A stretch of DNA of 60,633 bases, filler included, from Platydemus manokwari (GCA_037951405.1; 6 parts of 6 records of this genome joined end to end with filler, not necessarily neighbours in it); one strand, 5' to 3'. Counted from the first letter of the whole stretch, positions 14,372 through 25,420 are shown. The notes: generated by a model from the letters alone, not told the origin. Numbers and translations are program-made.

Positions 14372-14590
14372 ATGCTCACGCTACACATTCGGACCAGTCA
14401 TCACGGGAACTGGCTAAAGACATACTCTTGCTTCACCATGTTCGCAAACTAAGGCAGGATATCAGACAAGAAAAATCAATCACGGAGCCATTCATTATCA
14501 CAATTCAATCGAATCCGGTAGATGATGACGAATATTTAGCTGACGTAGGCTGCTTACCAGACATCGTCACAGTAGTAAAGGTACTAATAA
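14372..14590 (+). pseudogene. Ubiquitin-like domain split by a 1-nt frameshift at ~14439
   Basis: Joined reading MLTLHIRTSHHGNWLKTYSCFTxVRKLRQDIRQEKSITEPFIITIQSNPVDDDEYLADVGCLPDIVTVVKV follows the ubiquitin beta-grasp pattern. Confidence 0.55.
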
Positions 14591-14839
14591 CGCCAGTGGA
14601 ATCCAAAAAATGGAGGCGAATACCCACACTGTCCAAGGCAGAAATCGAACCAGCAACTGGAAGAGTGGAGACACAGTTACCGGTAGATTTGGATGAGGAC
14701 ACACAGGCCACCAGAGCCGGCTGAAAATGAAATCATAGAAATAGTGGACCTCTATCCACCAGCTATTGAAACCAATCAGAACCATGAGGAAATCATACGG
14801 GAGATAGAAAACCCTCCTCCAGAACCATAGCCACCGATT

Positions 14840-17395
14840 GTGCCAACACAGGACACTAGTGGACCACCGCGGAAACGAAGAAACAGAGACACACACGCCC
14901 GCACCAACAGTCAAGTACAAGCACAGTTGCTACGAGGACTTGCGGACGGCACAACTATAAATTCCAAGCAAGACATCCAGCAATGTCTCTTGCAAATTGC
15001 GAAAGGGATTGATCCCTATGATCAACGCTTAACAGAAGTAACCACCGAGGGTTACGAAAAACTACTCAGTGACATAAGCAGATATATGCCTAGGATTCGA
15101 CAGTTCACACATGATCATCCCACCGTTGATTCAGAAAACGTGTTATGGGAAATTATTAAAGACGGAATCACTGCATCAAGAGCCAAGATCATACTGATCA
15201 ATTTGGCAAATAAAATTATGATGGCGTCATATGGAGACACATCACACTACCAAGAAACATTGCAACAAACAATCAAATTAGCCCATCAAAACATTGGGAA
15301 ATGGATCCAAACGCAAGGAGGATGGACTCAGTTTGGATACAGCGAGTCGCTTACCACAGAAGGATTGGGTAACCTCAACAATAATGGGTTAATGAACACG
15401 CTGATCAAGGTTATTCTCATATGCAGCTTGATAGGGAAAACATCTATGCTCACCGCATATGATTGTTCGAACCATAAGCTGTCCACCATCTATTCGTTAG
15501 TTGATCTGTTTGAATGTCCAGCAGTCAATGTCAACAGCGTTAGACAAGGGCCACGGGAGTCCTATTATGTGTACCAGGAATTAGAATTCTATCGAACCAC
15601 AATCAAGGAATGCAGGGTCACGAAGGCCAAATTCGAATACTGTTGCGGAGCCTTTAGCCGCTCATCTGTATTAGATGCCAAACTTATCGCTCACAGCATC
15701 ACAATCGCACCTGAAGCCTGCCAAGATGCATTCGTACAAGGAAAACTCAGAGTCGACAGCGAGGTCACTCTCACAGCAGACGTAGGTAAGAGACTTGCTG
15801 AAACCATCACATGCGGAGGTAAAATTGAAACAGACGGGACATGTATCGGACGAAGCAAAAGCCGCAACGGAGACATAGTCTCTCATGTGGTAGAAATCGA
15901 AGATTACACCGTCCAATTAGTACAATATGAAGGGACGTTTGACATGAAAACTGAAAAAATGACTCAGTACCCACAGTGCGTATCCAAGTTCAATAGCTGC
16001 AATGTAGACGGAGCCACATTAGTATACGAAGCTCGACGAGCTTACTGTGACGTGGCACTACTCAAGCAAGCATCGTTCATCGCAATCAACGGAAGCGCAT
16101 GGGATCACCAGATTCCAGGAAAACGACAGCTGACACAAGGCCGACTAGATGGACGAATCGAAGAAAAGACCTTGGTCAAAAAGAGTGCTTCAATGTCCGA
16201 CCAACAAACCGACGCCATACGATTGATACGTGGACAGTCACTGGATAAATGTGGGATACTAATGTACGAAACAAACTATCAAGGGATCTATGTGAGCCAT
16301 CAGAGCGCTCGAGATGCCAAAATGCTGAATGTCAAGGACGTCCAACTCACTACATACACCAACAACAAGGGCGATTACCTATATCACGATCTGCTGCTAC
16401 AATTAGCTGAGATCTATCAGGAAACCCAGCATCATCAGTGCAAACGGAACCAAGAAATCGCACAAAACCGCATGGGCATAATTATGACGAATCAAGACCT
16501 CGAAACACCCATTCTGATGGAAAATGGGGTGTATGGTCGAATCAGTGGTGAAGCATGGCACACGTACGAGTGTGAGCCAATTCAAGTCGCCATCGCAGAC
16601 ACTAAGAAATGCACAAGGGAGTTAGCAGTAATCTATAAGGAACAAACCAGGTATATTCAACCAATCACGCACATCTTGCTTCCGGCAGGGACTCCACCAC
16701 AAAAGACAGAATGTAATCCAATGATTTCACCATTGTACAAAATTAATGGACAATGGGTGACTATACCGGATCGAAGATCACCTCGCAGTCCAGTACAACT
16801 GCTTAGGTTGGGAAACTCATTGACTACTCGCGAATTCCAGCCCATACAGGACTTGGAGAAAAGGGGAGTCTACACGTCTAAGGACATTGTCGAAGCACTT
16901 AGAGGATTAGGATTTCCCGAGCTCCGAGCAAAGGGAATAACAGAAATCATTAGGACAATTTATCTCGATAGTGCAACCAGTCCGAACTATGATCACTTGT
17001 TCACAATGGAACATTTCAAGAAAGCTGCTCATCATGTAGCCTATCAAATATGAGGAGCCTTCCCAGCTTTCGGAACATTCATTGCAGGATGCACAGGGAT
17101 TTATGTCATCTGCATAGGACTAAAAGTCATCATACAACGACTAGTATTCATATATTACTGGTACAAACTGTTCGTTTGTTCATCAAAAATCATCCGCGGC
17201 ATGTGCCCGATAGTCGACAACCGCCTTTTTCATAAACATCATCATGGAAGTATGTACAAAATAAAAGAGATGATAAGAGAGATGAGACACGAAGTTCACG
17301 CCTCTTTTCGACCCGCCGTTCTCGAAGAACAGGAAAAATACTACCCCTCCGACGAGGATAATAACGTTAACTCATATGCTCGCATCTTATACTAA
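14840..17395 (+). CDS. Polyprotein segment: Bcl-2-like domain + hydrophobic helix + chuvirus-like envelope glycoprotein (one in-frame TGA at 17051-17053)
   Basis: BH1-like EIIKDGITASRAKIIL (15149-15196); BH2 WIQTQGGWTQF (15302-15334); hydrophobic LMNTLIKVILICSLIG; glycoprotein from LTAYDC (15449) with chuvirus G Cys pattern and motifs CG-x4-T, YxNxK-x-xY, GE-x-x-x-x-xCxP, PxYxIxGxW, GVYT...FPE. TM segment follows the TGA in the same frame. Confidence 0.85.
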
Positions 17396-17870
17396 TAATA
17401 CGCAAACGGATTGGGATGTTCATCTCACCGCCTGCCTCTACGCGTATCGAAATGCTGTTCAAGCCAGTACAGGATATTCGCCATTCTATTTAATGTACGG
17501 TCGAGAAAGCAATTTACCAGTGGACGTACAAATAGAACCAAGAGTAACTCAATATATGGACCACGAAGATTACGCAGTTACGCTCAAGGAACGTTTAAGC
17601 AATGCCTGGCAGAGAGCTAACCTTAATCGCAAATTTCATTAAGAACAGACGAAGGAACAATACGATAAGCACACCGCTGAACGAATTCAACGTCGGAGAT
17701 GCTCAAATCAAAACATGCAAGAAAGGTATATCCGGCAAATTAGTAAGGCCATTCAAGGCCCCTATGTCATCGACAGGGTCACGGATACTAATTTTGTTAT
17801 TCGACCTATTAGCAATTCCGCTGCCGAACCAATCTGGGTTCACGCAAATAGGTACAAGAAATACGAAGAG
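17360..17870 (+). pseudogene. Gypsy integrase C-terminal half and GPY/F module (frameshifted)
   Basis: TLTHMLASYTNNTQTDWDVHLTACLYAYRNAVQASTGYSPFYLMYGRESNLPVD; KLVRPF/QGPYVIDRVTDTNFVI...WVHANRYK. Confidence 0.9.
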
Positions 17871-17949
17871 ACTGCATCTCAGCCAGTAAGCACCACTGCA
17901 CATAAACGAAAAAAGGAGCAGGATGTCCTGAAGGCATCCGGAAGCAGAT

Positions 17950-18733
17950 ATCCTCTCCTATCACAGCTGATCACACTCACAATATTGAACCTTCTCAGGA
18001 AGTGCATCACTCGCCCCCATTGGTCGAACCAAATTGGACTTACGATTGGGGAGTATTTTGGCTAGGAGTTACAGCTCACCAGGAGCCGCAATATCACTAC
18101 AGCACAACACTTGTCGGTCAAGACGAGATTGGCCGCACACAACATTACACCGCACGATGCATCTTCAATCAACTGCGACATGGCCAGATCTTTGAGGTCA
18201 CTACTACTTAATGGGCTAGGAGAAATAACACTTATCATGAAACGGATAAAGGCGAAGCCCGAATACAACTTGTAAGGTTTAAAAAGGGTGCAAATGTTCC
18301 TGCTACCTATTCACATATCATCATCAAACAAAAGGAAGAGCACATCTTCATGATATCGGATAAAGAAGGGGAGTATCACTTTCCACGAAATCAGTGTCAG
18401 CGAAAGGTCCAAAAGAAAAAGCGTAGAAAATCACAGCGAAAAACTACATTATCAACTACAGCACGCAGCACAACGAATAAGCGCACAATAATCAGCACGG
18501 AAATTATGCCTGTCACTATGGAAAATCAGGCACTACAGGAAGCCGAACAACGAGCCAGTGTAATGGTTATTATTATTTGCACCTGTGTGTTAGTTCTGGT
18601 TATTGCCACACCAATTGTGATATTCCAATGTAAAAGGAAAACGCATCACAGAATCCGATATACTTGGCACGAAGGAAATGACTCTCCAGCTTCCATGCTT
18701 ACAGCACTAACGCACCAAGTCACTACCTTATGA
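17950..18733 (+). pseudogene. Putative type I membrane protein after integrase (frameshifted)
   Basis: Hydrophobic LITLTILNLL after RYPLLSQ; Thr-rich stalk; TM VMVIIICTCVLVLVIATPIVIF (18560-18625) followed by QCKRK. Confidence 0.5.
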
Positions 18734-18826
18734 CAATTACAGTATAACGATATTAAAGTTAATATCCTCCATAAATTATATATCTTTATTTATATCTACA
18801 GTGTACTCTGCAACGAGCAATGTTTA

Positions 18827-20685
18827 ATGTTGAATTTCAACTATTATTATTGCCAGTCCATTAATCACCTTGTTTTGGATTCCAGAACGTACCAAATTCA
18901 ACAATACAATCATTATGGAATAGAAGCTAACGCGGGAGGTCGACCCATGAGTATTAGCTCTTATGAGGTTGAACCAATTATTGGCACCAACTTCCATAAA
19001 GAGATGAGCATAAACGTAGCACACAATCGACGTTGGCGATATTATGACAATCAAACGCTTCTACTGAATAATCTCAAATTTGAAGGGCAAGGACCTCGCC
19101 ACATATCTATGGTCTTCATAGACCAGGCGGAAATTAAAGAATTAGTGACAAAGCAAACCAGGCGTACAACACGGAGGTAGTCCATCTCACTACTACCGTC
19201 CAGCCAATCGAAATCAGAATTGCCGGCGTTTTCGAAACTATCAAATTAGAAAAAGTTTCCAACCTGGAAATTCTTCAAAGTGATATGAAGCTCAAATCGG
19301 CGCTAATCGTTAGTCATCGCGTACCGAATACGTTGGTACTAGAAATGGGATTCAGTGATATCATAAATATTCTTCGAATTCCCCTTTCTTACTACGACAA
19401 TACTATCTCGCAACAAGTGATTCACAGTTATCACTCATTTCTACGACAAACACTGTCCATCGAGGATCTTAAATCTCAGACACTGTTCATTGCTGCCAGA
19501 ATAGCATATGCAGCTCCACGAATCAATGACACTTACACGAAAACCGTCGCTTTAGCCGTCACCATCTGGAACTACGAAGGTCACGAGCAGGGCAACACAA
19601 AAATCACTCCACGTGAATACATTCGACACTGGAGAAACGATGGAGCAGATGTGTGGCGAGAAGCAGATATCATCGGCCAAATGGACGAAATCAAATGCAT
19701 TCGTCGAGTCAATACCATCGTGGATCAACACCTATTAGTAGGTTACAAAGTGGCCGAATTATTGGAACCTTTCCGCATACCATCAAACCGTCTGCTAGGT
19801 ATACGAGACCTATACCGAGCCAAAAGCCTCGCCGTATATGGAATAGTGCATGTAGCCCACTTTGCATGGCACAAAATCTTGAAACAGGTGGTGCTGAACT
19901 ACCAACCTGGTCGATTGAGCTCAAACAGAACTGTTAATATACTAGAAGAGATTCGTAGCGTCTACCTCGAATTAGAATACAAGTGGATCGACCACTACCC
20001 CATACCAGACGACGAACTATTGAATAACGAAGAAACCAACAAAAGCGCGTTGCAATTTCAGTTGAGTTTGATGCCACAGAGATCTAAAAGGAAGCCTGAA
20101 GAGCCCGCGGTCAAACGGTCAAAGGCATCAACTAGCAATGAAAATGGTGAAACACGGACCGCTTTTCCGTTCATTAAATCACGAGCCAAAATAGCCCCTG
20201 ACTAATCTGAACGAATAAAACCCGTTTCACAGGTTAGGCAGATAGAAATTGCAGAAAACCCTCGAATTGTCGCCATGGATCCATCTAAGAAGGTTACTAT
20301 CAAAAAAGCAGTCACAGCTGTTCCACTCAACCACTCAAGAGTTGTAGAAGTGGATAAATCTAAAACAGCCACCTCAAAGGACATTATCAGTCAAAAGCAA
20401 TTCAGCATCGAACCTTACAAAGGCCCCGTCAATTGCTTCCATAAGACAACCCGCGTCATCTGATCTCGACGGGATGCTCGATCCCTCAGGACTACCATAT
20501 CTGCCACAGGATATCTTAAGATACTTCGAAGACGACAACAAGCTATGGTTCTTAACTCAGCTTACGTACACTTGTTCCGATCAGCTCTTTCCAGGAACAG
20601 TAAGCTTAGAGTTCGCTAACAGAGACTTGGAAATCGCTAGACAATATCCGGAGCGAGCGCAACGAGAAAGTTGTAACTGGTGTAA
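18827..20685 (+). pseudogene. Unknown accessory ORF of element 1 (fragments 18827-19180, 19285-20205, 20275-20463, 20474-gap)
   Basis: Consecutive same-strand ORFs of 117, 306, 62 and >70 aa with the same composition as the element; no motif recognised. Confidence 0.55.
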
Positions 20686-21179
20686 NNNNNNNNNNNNNNN
20701 NNNNNNNNNNNNNNNNNNNNNNNNNNNNNTTAATTAATTAANNNNNNNNNNNNNNNNNNNNNNNNNNNNNNNNNNNNNNNNNNNNTTTCTAAATATAATT
20801 TATTTATCAAATAATTATTTTTTTCTTAATAATAATTTAATTTTAAAATTATTTTTATACTTAATTATTTATTTTTAGAAAAATAAATTTATTTCTTTTA
20901 TCTTTAGACTTACTCTCATTCTTTAACAATTCATTCTGGTTTATTTTTAATTATTTTTAAAATATTAACTCTTCAGTACTAATCATTTCTTGAATATCTC
21001 TCATATTATTTATTGAACTATTATCAAATTTGTGAACTATAGACATTTTAAATTGGGAATTTAAAGGGTAAAAATACCCCAAACAAATTTGAATTATGGA
21101 AGGAAAGGAACTTCTTTCGAATGAAATTCCGCCTCTCAAACAAGTTTGGCTTAGAGAAGGAACTTTGTTAAAATAGAAT

Positions 21180-21520
21180 CCTGACTATGGTCAATAATAT
21201 AATCAAATTTTAATCCATTATCTAAACAATATAAAACATACATAGATCATTGTCTGCATAATTCTCCCCCTGTTTGTACTTGAATTTTCTTATAAACAAA
21301 ATCAGAATCGGACTTTGTCCTGCCTCCAGTAACGGAGAAAAAATTATAAACTTCTCTGGTTGGTATAATTCCATAATGATCAAAATAAATTTTGAGGTTT
21401 ACTTATTGAAACCCAATGAGAACCCTTTTCTTTTGTAGTGTCTAAATTCATTATCATATATCGGCTTCACCGAGCCTTCGACAAGTTTTATCAGTAAAAC
21501 TCCAAGTTCAAATAATTAGA
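21180..21520 (-). pseudogene. Polinton/Maverick adenain-like cysteine protease remnant
   Basis: MNLDTTKEKGSHWV...IYFDHYGIIP...IQVQTGGELCRQ*SMYVLYCL: His, Asp and Gln/Cys motifs of adenoviral-type protease, with frameshift and stop. Confidence 0.8.
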
Positions 21521-21723
21521 AATATCCTTTAAATCAAAATTAATAGTTTTATTAATACCATACTTAGATAGAAAATTTATTAAATTTATTTGATCTCCAG
21601 CATCCGTTTTAAAAAGTAATAAAATTGGGGGAATCTTCTTCAGACGAAGAATAAAATCTTTCTCCAGATGAAAAATAAAATGATTGGACGAAGTTCCTTC
21701 CTGCTTAAATTCCCAATTTTAAA

Positions 21724-22270
21724 ATGTTTATGGTTCACAAGTTTGATAATAGTTCAATAAATAATATGAGAGATGTTCAAGAAATGATTAGTGCTAAAGA
21801 ACGAATTTTCGATAGAAAGTATATTAATGAGGAGGGTGATAGTATGAAAGGTCGTTTAGAGTTAAACAATTATAGAATATCAAACTTGGGAAACACATAA
21901 AATTATTTTGATGCTGTTAATAAAAAATATTTTGAAAAATGTATCAATGAAATTAAAAAGAATTTTGAGAAAGAAATTGGGAAAATTAATTCAATCTAGG
22001 TGCCTTTACTCGTATGTCAAGACTGAGAACTGAATTAATTAAAGATAATAAACAGAATATTGATAAGCTTGATTCTTTATGTAAATTGATAATTACTATG
22101 GTAAATAATAATAAAAAAATTAATGGAAAAGAAATAAAATTGATCTCAAAAAAATTATAATTCATAGAAGGAAAAACAAAAGCAGAATTTATAGAGATAG
22201 TCAAGAAAAAATTGAGAGTTCAGTCCGGAGGAGAATTAGAAGAAAAAATTATGAATTTAATAGAGAAATA
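21724..22270 (+). pseudogene. Polinton accessory ORF remnant with fibre/adhesin-like motif and coiled coil
   Basis: MFMVHKFDNSS...EEGDSMKGRLELNNYRISNLGNT*NYFDAVNKKYFE; start region duplicated in inverted orientation at ~20971-21064. Confidence 0.55.
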
Positions 22271-22562
22271 TTAAGTAGAAAGTATACTATTTTCTTAAAT
22301 GATAAATTACTTAAAAAATTAGATAAACCATATGAAATATGCCCGTGTCATCATTTAATTGTGATAATGTTTAATTTTGAGGAAGGTAGATATAAGTGTA
22401 GTAACTGGATTAATTTAAGACCTTTAGAAGCGGGTGAGAATTCATCCAAAATTTATTTGTATTTCAAATGGTTAAAGTTGGGTCATTTAAATTAGTAAAT
22501 AATATTGGCGAAGATTGTTATTTAAGTTTAAACGAGAAAGATTGAAATTTAAATTCTTTGTT

Positions 22563-23194
22563 TATATTACGTTTTTAAAAGGTTTAGTATTAATACCAAC
22601 CCCACAAATAAATCTCTTTTGGTCAAAATTATGTAAAGCTAATTTATTTGTTGATAATATTTGCATTTCGTGTTTATCTGAATTAAATCTCATTACATCC
22701 TGATAATTATCTTTGTTATTAAATAGTCCATCTTCATATTTTTAATAATTACCGCTTTTTGAATTCCCTTATTTTTTTTTATTTTTGTTTTACTATCATA
22801 TACATCATAACAATAACATTTTCATCTAATTGCTACCCATTCTGTTAAAATCTTTCCATTTAATTCATCTTTAAATTTCCCTGGTACTTTTTTATTTATT
22901 GTGTTATATAATGGATGATCTCCATTATAATCTGAGAAATCCAATTCATTCTTTACGTCTTCATCAATATTTAAATCCTCAAAAATATTCTCTGTTTTAA
23001 TATTTAATATGTATGAATCCGTATCCATATATAATACTTTATATTTAGGTTTTAAAATATTATAATTCATACATCAATAATTTACTTAATACTAAAATAG
23101 AAAATCCTAAGTAAGTTGGCTTATTTAATTTTACTTGTTCCTTATGATAATGAATTGCAAATAAATCATCATTAAATTTTGTGAATCTTTTGTA
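22563..23194 (-). pseudogene. Polinton protein-primed family B DNA polymerase, C-terminal remnant
   Basis: KLNKPTYLGFSILVLSKLLMY...KVLYMDTDSYI...NKKVPGKFKDELNG...KNKGI...NKLALHNFDQKR. Confidence 0.9.
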
Positions 23195-24769
23195 TGTTGT
23201 GTTGGAGTTTTGGTTCTTTTATTATTTAGATATGTGAGTTATGTATACTACCGGTTGAAGCGCAATGTCAATCCGGTAGGTGCGTGCTCCTATATTATTA
23301 TTCAATAACAAATACTAATAATTCAAAGATAAGCCGATTATAAAATGTATTTGCCCTTATAACAATGTACAAATGTTTAAACGTAATTGATACAATAAAA
23401 TTCTCTTTTAAAAATTCAGTCAGATTACTTTCTCAGACAAACAAAATTTCAATTTACCAATACACCGTTTAGGAAAATATTTTCAACAAGGGAAGGCTCC
23501 GATAACGAACTTCCTTTGTGTTGATATAGAATTTAATTATATATGCATATATATTTTATAATATGGGCGGGTCCCTCAACTACTTATATTTTTCCTCTAA
23601 ATATATTCAAGTATCACACCTTTATATTTTTTTGCGTCGTTTATTTTATGTCGTATCGATTTTTCACTGCGTGTCTCAGAGTACTTTTAATCGTAAAATT
23701 CCTTTAACTCTTTGAAATTCGTCTGGTAATTTTGAGAGCTAAGTTTTTGCGAGTGAAAATAGTGGCTTTGCCAATATAGTGTTTTCTAGGACCGATTCTG
23801 AATAATCGTTTTAAATTATTATTTTCTTTTTTCTTATTGGATATTGGAATTATTTTTCAAATTCGCCTAGATTAATAATTTTGATTTTATTATTCACTCG
23901 TATTATTCATAATATTTTTCTTTTTTCTCCTACATTGCAATTATCGCCCACAACGCCCACATTTTAATTAATTTATTTTTATCCATGTTTATAATTTATA
24001 TTATTATTATTCCGCATAATAATTTTTTAATATTATTATTATTATAATAATTACTATTAATATAACATATAATTTGATTTTTATAATTTTTTATTCTTTT
24101 ATATACAATTTTTTTCTTTTTTCTCAAAAATACTACAAATTCATAAATCAAAATAAAGTCATAAAATACATTTTTTCATGCAAGATCAGAATAGTGATAG
24201 TCATATTGCTCGTCCATGTCTACCTTCCATTGTAGACTCTGGTAGGAGGGGGTTGATTGAGGTGATTTGATCTTCTGATATAGGGAAGATATGGAGGATG
24301 AGCGAGTTGTTGATCGATTTGATGCATTGTTTTGTTGTATTGTTGTTGTTGATCCCACGTTCATTCTGCAACACATATAATTAATATTCCTTGATTTTCT
24401 CTTCTTGTGTCTGGGATTTGCACTACTATTTCCCTAACTGATTCAGTGATGATTTCACTTGCTATGTTGATTCTTCTTTTCCACTTCTGATTTGATTCCT
24501 GAGTTTCCTTATATGTTCTTAATTCTTCCTCTAGATCATTAATTTGCTGCTGTGATTTCTCTGCTTGCTACATTATCTGATTTAATTGTTTATTTCCCTC
24601 TTTTAACTCGTTGTTGTTAGTTTCTTTACTTATTGTTATTTGATATGATTCCTCTTTTATTTCTTCTTCATGGTTTTCGATAACCATTATCATTTTCTCT
24701 GTTGGTTTAGGGTTTTGACCTTTTTTCTCTCTGTATTCACCTAGTGCCTTTTCTTCCGCTTTCTTACAC

Positions 24770-25420
24770 CGATTTACGTGAACTACTATTGAATCTGCGT
24801 TCTTATTTTTGATTACATATAAGTTAGTGGCTGTCACTTTTACAACCTCATATGGTCCCTTAAATGGTCTCTGTAGTTTAGTTGTTAATCCCTTTTAGGC
24901 TTCTGGTGCTCTAAATTCGCACTTTATCTCCTGTTTTGAAATTGTGTTTCTTTGCTTTTTGATCATAATATTTCTTATATTGATCTTGTCGGAATTTGCT
25001 ATTTAATTGAACTTTTTGATAAACCTTGCTTAATCGTTCTTTCATCATTGTGACAAATCCCAATCCTGGCTCATCCATTAGTTGTGATGTTGCTGGAAAG
25101 AAAGTTAAGTCTATTGGTAAAAATGTTTCTCTTAAATACATTCAGTAGAACGGTGAATATTGAGTTTTTTCATTAACTGACGTGCTATACGCGAATAAAC
25201 ATGATTTGATATATTCATCCCAATCGTTTTGTTGATAATTCACGATATTTGATAGTATATTCTGCAATGCTTGGTTAAATCTTTCAACTAATCTATCAGT
25301 TTGTGGATGATATGGTGAAGTTTTTAGTTTCTTGATTTTAAATAATTCTGTTGTTTCTTGGATAACTTTGTTTAAAAAATTCTTTTCTCTATCTGTTAGC
25401 AATTTACTGGTACTCTCCAT
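24770..25420 (-). pseudogene. Integrase core/C-terminus and GPY/F module of element 2
   Basis: TDREKNF...KTSPYHPQTDRLVERFNQAL...DWDEYIKSCLFAY...QYSPFY; YYDQKAKKHNFKTGDKV; KLQRPFKGPYEV...VVHVNRCK. Confidence 0.9.

Larger units (their letters stand above)
13082..20685 (+). mobile_element. Decayed Ty3/Gypsy-type LTR retrotransposon (element 1): putative 5' LTR, helical domain, UBL, Bcl-2-like, chuvirus-like glycoprotein, [gag/PR/RT/RH deleted], integrase C-half, membrane protein, unknown 3' ORF; runs into gap
   Basis: Long same-strand ORF chain broken by frameshifts and stops, visibly more GC-rich than the host. Gypsy integrase motifs at 17.36-17.87 kb. Upstream non-coding region has a TATA box (~13424), AATAAA (~13755) and short tandem duplications. 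Confidence 0.85.

Noticed and set aside
14921-14950. AQLLRGLADG as the BH3 motif
   Set aside because: Good BH3-like pattern but no counterpart seen in element 2. The collinear helix is LLSDIS/ILTDSI, so it is not relied on.
14505-16845. Minus-strand ORFs within element 1
   Set aside because: Antisense shadows of the long + frame, with no motifs.
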